From assembly GCA_040766645.1 (NCBI GenBank), contig JAXGQA010000002.1, forward strand, positions 37,424 through 101,423: a stretch of DNA of 64,000 bases, given 5' to 3'. Position 1 is the first letter of the stretch. Each line of letters opens with the position of its first letter. The position numbers and the translations under genes are program-made. A model generated the notes under the pieces. The model made no database searches and was not told the origin of the DNA. It saw nothing but the letters and a program-made list of their open reading frames with translations. This document shows, piece after piece, positions 48,265-61,004 of the stretch. The stretch comes from Christensenellales bacterium. Its GTDB lineage: Bacteria > Bacillota > Clostridia > Christensenellales > UBA1431.

Positions 48265-50673
48265 AGGCTCGGATCAGCTGAAATTTGGGGATAACATCAT
48301 AGACATGCCCATGGAAGAGGTTCGGCGCACAACTCCATGATGCTCTACGCGGAGTACGTCATCAGCGGAGTGCGCCTCCCGCGCGTCGAGGACGGCCTCA
48401 AGCCTGCAAGCGGCGCATACTCTACACGATGATGGAGCTCGGGCTGACGCCGATAAGCGAAGAAAAAGGCGGCCCGCATCGTGGGGGACACGCCGGACGC
48501 TACCACCCGCACGGGGATACGTCGGTTTACGACACGATGGTGCGCATGGCGCAGGACTTCAACATGCGCGCGCCGCTTGTCGACGGGCATCGGAACTTCG
48601 GCTCGGTGACGGCGACCTCGGCCGCGGCCATGTACACCGAGGCGCGGCTGACACCCCATCTCGCTGGAACTTCTGCGCGACATCGACCGGGAAACGGTCA
48701 CCTTCGGGCTGAACTTCGACGATTCCATGAAGGAGCCGGATATGCTCCCCGGCCGATACCCCAACCTGCTGGTCAACGGGGCGTCGGGCATCGCGGTGGG
48801 CTTGGCGACCAACATCCCTCCGCACAACCTCGGGGAGGCCATCGACGCGGTGATAAAACGGCTGGACGCGCCGGGCTGCGCGCTGGCCGACATAATGGCC
48901 GTTTTGCCCTGCCCGGATTTCCCGACCGGCGGGAGCTTATCAGGAGCGATGATTGCGCAGGTTTACGCGACCGGCCGCTGCAAACTTACGTTGCGCGCCC
49001 GGACGCAGATAGAACGGGACAGGAACGGGAAGAGCCGCATCGTGATAACCGAAATTCCCTATCAGGTGAACAAGGCGGCCATGCTGGAAAAGGTATTGAA
49101 GGTCAGCGAGGAAAAAAAGGCGCTGTTTGCGGGCATCTCGGACATACGCGACGAGTCCGACCGCGAGGGCATGCGGGCGGTGATTGAGCTGCGCAAGGAA
49201 ACAGACCCCGAAAAGGTGCTGACCGCCCTGTACCGCTACACGGATTTGCAAATAACCTTCGGAGTGAACATGGTGGCCATCGCCGACGGCAAGCCGCGCA
49301 CGCTGGGGCTGCTGGAACTGCTCGACCACTACATCGCGCACCAGCGGCGGGTGGTGCTGAACCGTACCCGGCACGACCTGGAGGCAGCGTCCCGCCGCGC
49401 GCACATACTTGAGGGGATGATGGCCGCGCTGGATGACATCGACCGCGCCATCGCCATCATACGCGGCGCGCAGAAGGTGGAGGAGGCCCGGCAGGGGCTG
49501 ATGGACGCCTTTAACCTCGACCGCGAGCAGGCGCAGGCCATACTCGACATGCGCCTCCAGCGGCTGACCGGCCTTGAGCGCCTGTTCCTGCGGGACGAAC
49601 ACAAAAAGCTGATGGCGGAGATTAGAAAGCTGGAAGGCATTGTGAAGAGCGGCAGGAAGCTGGACGCGGTCATCCGCGCGGAGCTTTCGGAGATTCGGGA
49701 AAAGTACGCGGACGCGCGCCGTACCCGCCTGGTCCAGGCCGACGCGAAGGCCGCCGCACCCGAGCCCGAGCCGGTCGCCGTGGAGGACGCGTATGTCACG
49801 CTGAGCCGGCATGGCGTCATCCGGCGGATAAACGCCGCCGACCGCTTAAAGGCGCAGCCCGAACCCAACGGCGACCCGCCGATGCAGGGCATCGAATGCA
49901 CCACGGCTGACAAACTGCACATTTTCACCAGCCTCGGAAACGTGTTTCTGCTGCCCTGCGCGCAGATACCCGAGGCCAAAGGAAAGGAAAAGGGCGTTTC
50001 CATATTCGGCCTGTTGCAGGGCCTGCAGAATGGCGAGCATCCTGTCGTAATGCTCAGCCTGGGCGCGGGCGAGGGGGAGCTGCTGTTCTTCACGCGCAAT
50101 GGGATGGTCAAGCGCACCCGGGCGGCCGAATACGTCATCAAAAAGGCGCGGGCGCAGGCCGTTTCGCTTAGGGAGGGGGACGCGTTGATAGGCGTGGAGC
50201 CGGTGTATGAGGAAACGGTGCTGATGGTCACCCGGCAGGGCATGAGCATCCGTTTTGCGACGACTGAGGTTCCGGCCACCGGACGCGTGACGGCGGGCGT
50301 GCGGGGCATCGCGCTGGAATCGGAGGACGAGGTCCTGTACGCGGCGCAGGCCGGGGACGAGGGAGAGGTGCTGGTGGTCACTGACCGGGGCTACGCCAAG
50401 CGCAGCCTGATATTCGACTACGAGCCGCAGAAACGCAACGGAAAGGGCGCCAGAACGATAGAGTTTGCCAGGAGCGGCGCCAACGGTCAGACGCTGGCTG
50501 CGGCTTTCCACGTGACCGAGCCGTTCACGGTCGAGATGGTCTGTGGCGACGGTACGGCGCAGCGCTTCAACACCGACGAGGTGCGCATCGAAAAGCGGTT
50601 CTCCAAGGGGAGCGTGCTTTTGCCGGTAACCGGGGGACAGCGGTTCGAGAAGGGATACGCGCTGCCTGGGTGA
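48257..50673 (+). pseudogene. gyrA: DNA gyrase subunit A, several frameshifts in the first ~470 nt as assembled
   Basis: RBS aaggaggg + GTG at 48257. [11 protein letters not shown] ... [10 protein letters not shown] ... [11 protein letters not shown] ... AARIVGD ... [33 protein letters not shown] are spread over three frames. Then the intact ORF 48727..50673: [26 protein letters not shown] plus C-terminal beta-pinwheel repeats. Confidence 0.93.
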
Positions 50674-50688
50674 GAACAGGAGGGAGCC

Positions 50689-51363
50689 ATGTCGTTTTCC
50701 AGAGGATTGAAAGAAAAAGCGAAGGACGTGTGGGAGGACGGGTACCGCCATCCGTTCGTGCAGGAGCTGGGGCAGGGCGCCTTGGACAAGGAAACGTTTA
50801 AGTTTTACCTGCTGCAGGACTATCAGTTTCTTTTGGCCTACGCGAAGGTGTTCGCGCTGGGCGCGCTCAAGGCGGACACCGAGGAGCTGATGACGCTCTT
50901 CACCGCCACGCAGCACGCCATCCTGCACGAGGAGATGGGCGTGCACCGCGAATACATGCGCAGGTTCGGCGTAACGCCGGAGGAGATGGCCTCCGTGAAG
51001 GCGTCCCTGTACAACAGGACGTATACGGTCAACATGCTGGCGGCCGGGCAGAACGAGGGTCTGGCCGAGCTTCTGACCGCCGTTTTTCCCTGTTCGTGGA
51101 CGTATTACGACTACGCCTGCCGGCTGAAGGAGGATTATGCGGACAGGCTGGAAACGAATTTCTACCGGTCGTGGATCGAGATGTACTCCGGCGACGAATA
51201 CCTGCAGTCGTTCGAGTGGTTTTTTGACGCGCTGGACCGCCTCGCCGAAAACAAGACCGCGCGTGAAAAAGCGAAACTTGAGGAGATATTCGTATCCAGC
51301 GTGGAGTTTGAGTATCTGTTTTGGGACATGGCTTATAAGCGCGAGATGTCGTATAGGTTGTAA
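50689..51363 (+). CDS. tenA: TenA family thiaminase II / aminopyrimidine aminohydrolase
   Basis: HPFVQELGQGALDKETFKFYLLQDYQFLLAYAKVFA ... FPCSWTYYDY ... EFEYLFWDMAY. Confidence 0.85.
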   Translation: MSFSRGLKEKAKDVWEDGYRHPFVQELGQGALDKETFKFYLLQDYQFLLAYAKVFALGALKADTEELMTLFTATQHAILHEEMGVHREYMRRFGVTPEEMASVKASLYNRTYTVNMLAAGQNEGLAELLTAVFPCSWTYYDYACRLKEDYADRLETNFYRSWIEMYSGDEYLQSFEWFFDALDRLAENKTAREKAKLEEIFVSSVEFEYLFWDMAYKREMSYRL

Positions 51364-51496
51364 ATCGGCATGAACAGGGGGCGCAAAGCGCCCCATCTCT
51401 CTTTCTGCGACTTTCTCTGCCGTTTTTTTCTCCCTCCAACATCAGTTTATCATTTGGCCCTGATGTTAAACAAGAACGCCAGTCGTACATTAGATT

Positions 51497-51519
51497 AAAC
51501 CCGGCGCAAGCCGGGTTTT
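51497..51519 (+). terminator. Rho-independent terminator downstream of tenA
   Basis: aaacccggc-gcaa-gccgggtttt. A weaker hairpin ggggcgc-aaa-gcgcccc lies at 51376-51392. Confidence 0.6.
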
Positions 51520-51607
51520 CCATTTCCCTATCCTGCTTTGTGCATGCGTATAGGTTTTCCGTCATAAACCATTGTATGAAGGATTCTAAAACCGAGGGGT
51601 GAGGCGC

Positions 51608-52420
51608 ATGCACATCCATGTGGTGGATATAAGGAACTGGAAGTGGGTATTCCTGGTGGCCGTGCTGGCGTTGCTGTCCGTCCTGTACGGATCGATGGTC
51701 AACAACACGGCCATCGAGGCGATGGCGCCCGGCAAGCGTGAACTGCCGGTATACAGCGTGGAGACCGATAAAAAGGTCGTTGCCCTCACCATGGACACGG
51801 CAAACGGCAGCGTGTCGTTCGAGCGCATCTTCGATATACTCGACGAATATAACGTCAAGGTGACCTTCTTCGTAACCGGGAACTGGGCCAGGGACCACGC
51901 GGAGATCGTGAACGAAGCGGTTAGGCGCGGGCATGAGGTGGGGAACCACTCGACGACCCACCCGCACATGTCCGGCATGTCCCGTGCGCAAATAAAAAAG
52001 GAGCTGACCGAGACGACAGAGTTCCTCGAGTCGGTGACCGGGAAGCGTACCATGCTATTCAGGCCGCCCTATGGCGATTATGATTCCAACCTCGTGAACG
52101 TGTGCCGCGAGCTGGGGTATCAGGTGGTGCAGTGGGACGTGGATTCCATCGACTGGCGGGACCTCTCGGTCCAGAGATACTCAGCCGCGTGGAAAAACTG
52201 ACGAAAAACGGCTCCATACTCCTTTTCACACCAACGCCTCGCAGATAACCGAATCCATACCGGCGGTGATAAAGAGCCTCAAGTCCAAGGGATACGGGTT
52301 CGTGAAGGCGTCCGAGCTGGTACTGTACAAAGATTACACAATAGACCACACGGGGCGCCAGTTCCCGCTTGAAAAGCCCAAACCGACCGGTGAAGGTATA
52401 AACAAATTGCTGAATGAATA
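51608..52420 (+). pseudogene. Polysaccharide deacetylase (NodB homology domain, PdaB-like sporulation type), one frameshift as assembled
   Basis: N-terminal TM, then VALTMDTANG ... VKVTFFVTGNWA ... GHEVGNHSTTHPHM ... LFRPPYGDYD ... VQWDVDSIDW. Frame changes at ~52180 and continues (..SRVEKLTKNGSILLFHTNA...AVIKSLKSKGYGFVKASEL...) to the TAA at 52418-52420. Confidence 0.8.
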
Positions 52421-52460
52421 AAATGGAAGCAGCCAAACGTCAGGAACGGTGGAGGGAAAC

Positions 52461-53087
52461 ATGCACAACTCCAACCAAAACAATAACTGCTGCTTTTTAT
52501 GCGGACGGGTGTGCACGCCGCCCGCGCCCAGCCACAGCATCTACGGCGAAAGGTTCTACAGGATGGAGATGGAGGTCCCGCGCCTGAGCAGACAGGTGGA
52601 TGTGCTGCCGCTGACGGTGTCCGGGCGGGTGCTGACCCGGGAAACGGGCGCCTGCGGGGCGCTGGTGGCCGTGGAGGGCCAGATACGCTCCTACAACAAG
52701 ATGCAGGACGGAAAGAGCCGCCTCATCATCTCGGTGTTCGCGCGCTCCATCCAGTGCATCGACCGTTATCCGGACGACCCCAACCGCATCACGCTCGAAG
52801 GGTATGTCTGCAAGCCGCCCATATACAGGACCACGCCCTTCAACCGGGAGATCACCGACCTTTTGTTAGCCGTCAACCGCTCCTACGACAAGTCCGACTA
52901 TATCCCCTGCATCTGCTGGGGCCAGAGCGCGCGCATGGCCGGGCGGTTCACGGTGGGCGCGCGGGTGTGCGTGCAGGGCCGCATCCAGAGCCGGGACTAC
53001 GACAAGGACCTTGGGAACGGGCAGACCCAAAGGAGGCGCGTGTACGAGGTTTCTGTGCGCCGCATCGCTCTCTCCGCCGAGCCGTAA
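52461..53087 (+). CDS. OB-fold single-stranded-DNA-binding-like protein
   Basis: RBS ggaggg, then ATG at 52461. ITLEGYVCKPPIYRTTPFNREITDLLLAVNRSYDKSDYIPCICWGQSARMA ... VQGRIQSRDY ... RRVYEVSV resembles the SSB-like proteins commonly annotated in Clostridia. Confidence 0.55.
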   Translation: MHNSNQNNNCCFLCGRVCTPPAPSHSIYGERFYRMEMEVPRLSRQVDVLPLTVSGRVLTRETGACGALVAVEGQIRSYNKMQDGKSRLIISVFARSIQCIDRYPDDPNRITLEGYVCKPPIYRTTPFNREITDLLLAVNRSYDKSDYIPCICWGQSARMAGRFTVGARVCVQGRIQSRDYDKDLGNGQTQRRRVYEVSVRRIALSAEP

Positions 53088-53163
53088 GCTTTGCTTTCAC
53101 GCTATGATGTGATAAAATGTACGAAGCGGGGGAGCACAATTCGACGTACGGAGGGAACGGGAT

Positions 53164-53469
53164 ATGCAGTACGAGTCCAGGCTGGCTTCCGAGCAGGCGG
53201 ACAAGCTGTTTGCCGGTATTCTGGAGCTTAAGACCATAGAGGAATGCTACCGGTTTTTCGAGGACCTCTGCACCATCAGGGAACTGCAGGCCCTCGCGCA
53301 GCGCTTCGCCGTGGCCGGGCAGTTAAGGGCCGGCGTAACCTATCACGAGATCGCGCAGAAGACCGGGGCCAGCACGGCGACCATAAGCCGCGTGAACCGC
53401 TGCCTGCTTTACGGGGCGGGCGGCTACCGGCTGGCGCTTGAAAGGCTGGACGAAAGTGGCAAGCTATGA
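53164..53469 (+). CDS. yerC: YerC/YecD family TrpR-like DNA-binding protein
   Basis: LKTIEECYRFFEDLCTIRELQALAQRFAVAGQLRAGVTYHEIAQKTGASTATISRVNRCLLYG. Confidence 0.85.
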   Translation: MQYESRLASEQADKLFAGILELKTIEECYRFFEDLCTIRELQALAQRFAVAGQLRAGVTYHEIAQKTGASTATISRVNRCLLYGAGGYRLALERLDESGKL

Positions 53470-55649
53470 CGCATTGAACGAGGTACAACTGGAGGCGGTG
53501 CGGCACACCGAGGGACCCTGCCTGATCTTCGCGGGCGCGGGATCGGGCAAGACGCGCGTGCTGACCCACCGCATCGCGCATATTCTGGAAACGCGGGACG
53601 TGCTCCCGCGAAACATACTGGCCCTCACCTTCACCAACAGGGCGGCGCGCGAGATGAAAAGCCGTATTGAGGGGCTTATCGGCGGCGACGTGCAGGGGAT
53701 GTTCGTGGGGACCTTCCACAGCCTGTGCGCGTATCTTTTGCGCGTGGACGGGGCCGCCATCGGCATCGAAAAAAACTTTTCCATATTCGACGCGTCCGAC
53801 CAGGATACGGTGATAAAAGAATGCATCCGCCACCTGAACGTGGACGAAAAACAATTTCCCAAACGCTTTTTCCGCGCGCGCATTTCCGAGGCCAAGAACC
53901 TCGCCCTCGGGCCGGCCGAATACGCGCGCGAATTCGGCCTTTCGGCGAGCGACATGGTGCTCCAGGTCTATCGGCGGTATCAGGCGCGGCTTATGGAGTG
54001 CGGCGCGCTGGATTTTGATGACCTTCTGATAAAGGGCGTGGAGCTTTTCGAGAAATCCAAGGAAACGCTGGAAAAGTGTCAGGCGCGGTTCCGCTACATC
54101 CACGTGGACGAGTATCAGGACACCAACGCCGCGCAGTACCGACTGCTCAAGCATCTCGCGGCGGCGCACCGCAACATCTGCGTGGTGGGCGACGACGACC
54201 AGAGCATATACAGCTGGAGGGGCGCGGACATCACCAACATACTCAGCTTTGAAAAGGACTACCCGGACGCGGCGGTGTTTTTCCTCGAGCAGAACTACCG
54301 CTCCACCGAGCACATACTCAACACGGCCAACGCCGTCATATCCAACAACTGCGGCCGCCGGCAGAAAAAGCTCTGGTCCAATATCGGCCGGGGCGAGCGC
54401 GTCAAAGTCTATACGGCCGACGACGAATACGATGAGGCCCGCTTCGTGTGCGCAGAGGTCATGCGCCTTAATCAGGAGGAAGGCATACCGCTGGAGAACA
54501 TGGCCGTGCTTTACCGCACCAACGCGCAGTCTCGCGTGTTCGAGGAAAAGTGCATGCGCTTCTCGCTTCCCTACCGCGTGTACGGCGGCCTGAAGTTCTA
54601 CGACCGCCGGGAGATACGCGATTTAATAGCCTATCTGCGCGTGCTGGGGAACCCTCGGGACGACGTCAGCCTTTTGCGCATCATCAACACGCCCAGGCGG
54701 GGCATCGGCGCGTCCACGGTCGAGCGGCTGGCGGCAGAGGCGGCCGGGCGGGGGGAATCGGTGATGGACGTGCTTTTAGACATCGAATCCTCCGGGCTGG
54801 ATGCGCGCACGCAGAAGAAGCTGGAAGGCTTCTGTTCGCTTATCACGCGGCTGATGGCCATGGCGCAGATAACGCCGCCGGCGGCGCTGACCGAGGAGAT
54901 CATTGAGGCGGTCGGGTATATCGCTCACCTTGAAAACGGAGAGGACGAGAACCTCCAGAGCCGGCTGGAGAATATCGACGAGTTCATCGCGTCGGTGGCC
55001 GAGTACGAGCAGAACGCCGAGCATCCGACGCTGCAGGGGTTTTTGGAAACTGTCTCGCTTTCCAGCGACCTTGATGAGGAGAAACCGCAGGACCGGGGCG
55101 CGCTGACGCTGATGACGCTGCACAGCGCCAAGGGCCTCGAGTTCGAGGTAGTATTTTTGGCGGGGCTTGAGGACAACCTGTTCCCACACGCCTCGGCGCA
55201 GCTTGACCCCGGACAGATGGAGGAGGAGCGGCGGCTTTGCTACGTGGGCATCACGCGGGCCAAGCGCAGGCTCTACCTCACCCACGCGCTGGAGCGCCGG
55301 TCGCGCAGCGAGCGCCTGCGTTGCCGCGTTTCGCGGTTCCTGTCCGAGATGCCCAGAGACTGCCTGTATATCCTGCGGCCCCATTCGTTCGAGCGGCAGC
55401 CGGGGACGCCCGGCGGCAGCGGGCATAAGCGCCCGTGGGACACGCCCGCGTCCCATGCGAAAAAGGCCGGGGGGACGGACACTTACGCCGTCGCCGACCG
55501 CGTGGAGCACGACCGGTTCGGGACGGGGACGGTTATCGGCGTGACCGGCAGGGGCGAGAACGCGATTCTTACCATTGCCTTCGAGGGGCAGGGCATCAAG
55601 AAGCTGTCGGTGGCCTACGCGCCCATACGCAGGCTGGAGGTGAACGCGC

Positions 55650-55657
<8 letters not shown>
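53438..55657 (+). CDS. pcrA: ATP-dependent DNA helicase PcrA (UvrD/Rep family)
   Basis: LNEVQLEAVRHTEGPCLIFAGAGSGKTRVLTHRIA ... HVDEYQDTN ... VVGDDDQSIYSWRGA ... LEQNYRS ... TLHSAKGLEF ... YVGITRAKRRL. The start is uncertain (ATG 53438 overlaps yerC; GTG 53456 is an alternative). Confidence 0.9.
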
Positions 55658-57619
<1,962 letters not shown>

Positions 57620-57685
57620 AAACGCCCGAATAACGGGGAATATGCATTATTTGACCGGTTATGGTCTTTCATTCTCAGCAAAATA

Positions 57686-57694
57686 TGGTATAAT
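57686..57694 (+). promoter_or_regulatory. Extended -10 promoter element (TGgTATAAT) upstream of yicC
   Basis: tggtataat at 57686-57694, ~50 nt upstream of the yicC start, in the only sizeable gap after ligA. Confidence 0.4.
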
Positions 57695-57744
57695 CAGATA
57701 GTATTTGAGCGACAAGGTCTACAAACAGGACGGGAGGCATCGGT

Positions 57745-58626
57745 TTGGCAAACAGCATGACCGGGTTCGGCCGGGGCATCGCCATGGACGAGGGCAGGGA
57801 ACTGCAGGTCGAATTGAAGGCCGTGAACCATCGCTACCTCGACATTTCGCTCCGGATGTCCAAAGCGTTGGGCGCCTTTGAGGACAGGATACGCAAGACT
57901 CTCTCTCAAAAGCTTGCCCGCGGCCATGTGGATGTGTATGTCTCGTACAGGAATTTCGGGCTTACCGGCCGGGAGGTCCGCGCGGACCTGCAGTTGGCTG
58001 CGGCCTACATGGAAGCGCTCGCTCAGATAAAGGAGCGCTTTCCCGCGTTGCACGACGATGTCACGCTCCTGGGCGTCAGCCGCCTTCCCGACGTCCTGGC
58101 CGTGACCGACGGGCCGGAGGACGAGGAAGCCGTCGCCGCGCTTTTGGATGCGGCGCTGGGGCAGGCTCTGGAGAGCATGACGGCCATGCGCGCCGCCGAA
58201 GGGGAAAACCTTGTCGCCGACGTGCTGGTGCGCATCGGGCTTATCGCCGAGCGGCTCAGGGTGGTGGAGGAGCAGGCGCCGGCCGTGGTCACCGACTACC
58301 GGGACCGGCTGGCCGAGCGCATCGCCGCGTTGAACCCGGGCACGCAACTGGACGAGGCGCGGCTGGCGACCGAGGTTGCCCTGTTCGCCGACCGGTGCAG
58401 CGTCACCGAGGAGATCGTGCGCTTAAAAAGCCATCTGGCGCAGTTTGAAAAGACCGCCCGCGCGGAGGGCGCCGTGGGTCGCAAGCTCGATTTCATGGTG
58501 CAGGAGATGAACCGCGAAACCAACACCATCGGCTCCAAGGCCAACGACCTGACCATCACCAACGCCGTTCTGGAGATCAAGGGGGAGATCGAGAAGATTC
58601 GCGAGCAAATCCAGAACATCGAATAG
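57745..58626 (+). CDS. yicC: YicC/YloC family stress-induced protein (endoribonuclease-like)
   Basis: SMTGFGRG ... ELKAVNHRYLDISLRM ... C-terminal DFMVQEMNRETNTIGSKAND ... IEKIREQIQNIE. Confidence 0.9.
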   Translation: MANSMTGFGRGIAMDEGRELQVELKAVNHRYLDISLRMSKALGAFEDRIRKTLSQKLARGHVDVYVSYRNFGLTGREVRADLQLAAAYMEALAQIKERFPALHDDVTLLGVSRLPDVLAVTDGPEDEEAVAALLDAALGQALESMTAMRAAEGENLVADVLVRIGLIAERLRVVEEQAPAVVTDYRDRLAERIAALNPGTQLDEARLATEVALFADRCSVTEEIVRLKSHLAQFEKTARAEGAVGRKLDFMVQEMNRETNTIGSKANDLTITNAVLEIKGEIEKIREQIQNIE

Positions 58627-58665
58627 AAGTCCATAATTCTATAATACGACGGAGGATACAAAAGC

Positions 58666-58935
58666 ATGGGTATCAAGCTCATCAACATCGGTTTTGGCAA
58701 CATCGTGAACGCGAACAGGCTCATCGCCATCGTCAGCCCCGAGTCCGCGCCCATCAAGCGCATCATACAGGAAGCGCGCGAGCGGGGCATGCTTATCGAC
58801 GCGACGTACGGGCGCAGAACGCGTGCGGTCATCGTCACCGACAGCTACCACGTCGTCCTCTCGGCCGTGCAGCCCGAAACCGTGGCCCACAGGCTGGATA
58901 CCAAGGACCAGCACGCGGACATGCTGGACGAGTAG
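58666..58935 (+). CDS. remA: RemA/YlzA (DUF370) extracellular-matrix regulatory protein
   Basis: [60 protein letters not shown]. Confidence 0.92.
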   Translation: MGIKLINIGFGNIVNANRLIAIVSPESAPIKRIIQEARERGMLIDATYGRRTRAVIVTDSYHVVLSAVQPETVAHRLDTKDQHADMLDE

Positions 58936-58942
58936 GCCGGTC

Positions 58943-59584
58943 ATGCACGCCCGAAAAAAAACGGAGCAGGGGATGCTCATCGTGCTTTCCGGCCCGTCGG
59001 GGGCCGGAAAGGGCAGGGTGACCCGGCTGCTTTTGGAAACCATGCCGGAGCTGGTGCTTTCGGTGTCGGTTACAACGCGATGTCCCCGCGCGGGCGAGCG
59101 CGAGGGCGCCGACTATTTCTTCGCGACCCCGGAGGCGTTCGACGCACTTATTGAAACGGACGGCTTTTTGGAGCATAAGTGCGTGTTCGGACAGAACCGC
59201 TACGGCACCCCGCGGGCGTTCGTGGAGGAGCAGCGCGCGCTGGGAAAAGACGTGCTTTTGGAGATAGACGTAAAGGGCGCTCTGGACGTTAAAAACAGGG
59301 TCCCGGACGCCGTGATGATTTTTTTGATGCCTCCGTCCTTCGCCGTGCTGGAGAGCCGGCTCAGGCAGCGGGGTACGGAGAGCGACGCGGACATAGCCGC
59401 GCGGCTGGATACGGCCCGCGAGGAACTGAAAAGCGCCCATCTATACGATTATTTCATCATAAACGACAGGCTGGAGCAGGCGGCGGAGGAAACACGGCTG
59501 GCCATCATGGCAGCGCGCCTGCAGGCGTCGCGCAGGCTGGATGTCATACGCGCGATCATGGAAGGAGAAAAGAAGACATGTTGA
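58943..59584 (+). CDS. gmk: Guanylate kinase
   Basis: LIVLSGPSGAGKGRV ... SVSVTTRCPRAGEREGADYFF ... LLEIDVKGA ... RLRQRGTES. Confidence 0.92.
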   Translation: MHARKKTEQGMLIVLSGPSGAGKGRVTRLLLETMPELVLSVSVTTRCPRAGEREGADYFFATPEAFDALIETDGFLEHKCVFGQNRYGTPRAFVEEQRALGKDVLLEIDVKGALDVKNRVPDAVMIFLMPPSFAVLESRLRQRGTESDADIAARLDTAREELKSAHLYDYFIINDRLEQAAEETRLAIMAARLQASRRLDVIRAIMEGEKKTC

Positions 59585-59787
59585 ATCAGCCCCCGCTGAA
59601 TGAGCTTTTGGAGAAGGTGGACTGCCGTTACACGCTGGTGGTGGAGGTGGCCAAGCGCGCCCGCCAGCTGGTCGACCACGCGCGTCCTTTGGTGGATACC
59701 AGATCGAACAAGCCGGTGACCATCGCCGTGGAGGAGATTGCCGCCGGGAAGGTCGATTATCAGCGCACCTCGGAGGGAGTCAAGTAA
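59578..59787 (+). CDS. rpoZ: DNA-directed RNA polymerase subunit omega
   Basis: MLNQPPLNELLEKVDCRYTLVVEVAKRARQLVD. Position between gmk and coaBC is conserved. Confidence 0.9.
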   Translation: MLNQPPLNELLEKVDCRYTLVVEVAKRARQLVDHARPLVDTRSNKPVTIAVEEIAAGKVDYQRTSEGVK

Positions 59788-59789
59788 CG

Positions 59790-61001
59790 ATGACCGCACA
59801 AAAGACGGTCGTATTGGGAATAACGGGCGGCATCGCGGCCTACAAGGCCTGCGAACTGATAAGCCGTCTCAAAAAAAAGAGTGTTGAAGTTTACCCCGTA
59901 ATGACCGAGAGCGCGACGCGCTTCATCACGCCGCTGACGCTGCGGACGCTCTGCGCCCGCCCCGTGGCGGTCGATCTTTTTTCACAGGACGCGCCGTTTG
60001 ACGTCGAGCACATCGCTTTGGCGCGGCGGGCCGACGTCCTCGCCGTCGTGCCCGCGACCGCCAACGTCATCGGCAAGGTGGCGAACGGCATCGCCGACGA
60101 CCTTCTGACCACCACCATCATGGCCACCCGCGCGCCGGTCCTGTTCGCGCCCGCGATGAACACGGCCATGTACGAAAACCCCGCCGTGCAGGAGAACATC
60201 GAAAAGCTGAGGAAGCGCGGCTTTCTGTTGGTGGAGCCGGAGTCGGGGATTTTGGCCTGCGGCGAGGAGGGCGCCGGGCGGCTGGCCGAGCTGGACGCGA
60301 TTGAGGCGGCCATCGGGCGGCTTTTGTTTCCGATAAAGGACTTTGAGGGCATATCCGTGCTTATAACGGCCGGGCCGACCCGCGAATATATCGACCCGGT
60401 GCGCTACATCACCAACCGCTCGTCCGGGCGCATGGGCTACGCGCTGGCCGCGGCGGCCGCGCAGCGCGGCGCGCGGGTGGTGCTGGTTACCGGGCCGGTC
60501 AATATCCCGGTGCCGGCCGGAGTGCGGGCGGTGCCGGTGGAAACGGCCAATGAAATGTATGCGGCGGCGCTGGAACACTTCGACGGGTGCGACATCGCGA
60601 TAAAGGCCGCGGCCCCCGCCGATTACGCGCCCGAGGAAAGGTCGGAGCACAAGATAAAAAAGGGCGGAGGGGACGAGCGGCGCACGCTCAGCCTGCGCCC
60701 CAACCCGGACATCGCGGCCGAGCTGGGCCGGCGAAAGGGAGGGCGCGTGCTTATCGGCTTCGCGGCTGAAACCGAGGAACTGGAGCGCAACGCGCTGAAA
60801 AAGCTTGCCGCCAAGAACCTGGACATGATCGTGGCCAACGACGTGCTTCGGAAGGGCGCGGGCTTTGAGGGGCCCACCAACATCGTGACCATGCTGACAG
60901 CCGACGGCGCGCAGGAGGAGACCGGGCTTTTGCCCAAGGAGGCCGTTGCCCACCGCATACTTGACCGGGCGCTCAGCATATACCGCAGGAAACAGGAGTG
61001 A
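59790..61001 (+). CDS. coaBC: Bifunctional phosphopantothenoylcysteine decarboxylase / phosphopantothenate-cysteine ligase
   Basis: VVLGITGGIAAYKACELISRLKK ... PATANVIGKVANGIADDLLTT ... ITAGPTREYIDPVRYITNRSSGRMG ... IVANDV. Confidence 0.93.
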   Translation: MTAQKTVVLGITGGIAAYKACELISRLKKKSVEVYPVMTESATRFITPLTLRTLCARPVAVDLFSQDAPFDVEHIALARRADVLAVVPATANVIGKVANGIADDLLTTTIMATRAPVLFAPAMNTAMYENPAVQENIEKLRKRGFLLVEPESGILACGEEGAGRLAELDAIEAAIGRLLFPIKDFEGISVLITAGPTREYIDPVRYITNRSSGRMGYALAAAAAQRGARVVLVTGPVNIPVPAGVRAVPVETANEMYAAALEHFDGCDIAIKAAAPADYAPEERSEHKIKKGGGDERRTLSLRPNPDIAAELGRRKGGRVLIGFAAETEELERNALKKLAAKNLDMIVANDVLRKGAGFEGPTNIVTMLTADGAQEETGLLPKEAVAHRILDRALSIYRRKQE

Positions 61002-61004
61002 GCT

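Noticed and set aside
46312-50673. Frameshifted gyrB and gyrA (and ligA, priA) as evidence of genome decay or a defunct chromosome region.
   Set aside because: These genes are essential. The breaks are single-base homopolymer deletions, often in compensating pairs, with otherwise intact conserved motifs. Sequencing or assembly error is the parsimonious explanation.
50674-50688. TPP (THI-box) riboswitch expected upstream of tenA.
   Set aside because: Only 15 nt separate the gyrA stop from the tenA start, which leaves no room for an aptamer. tenA appears to be read through from gyrA or translated from an internal RBS.
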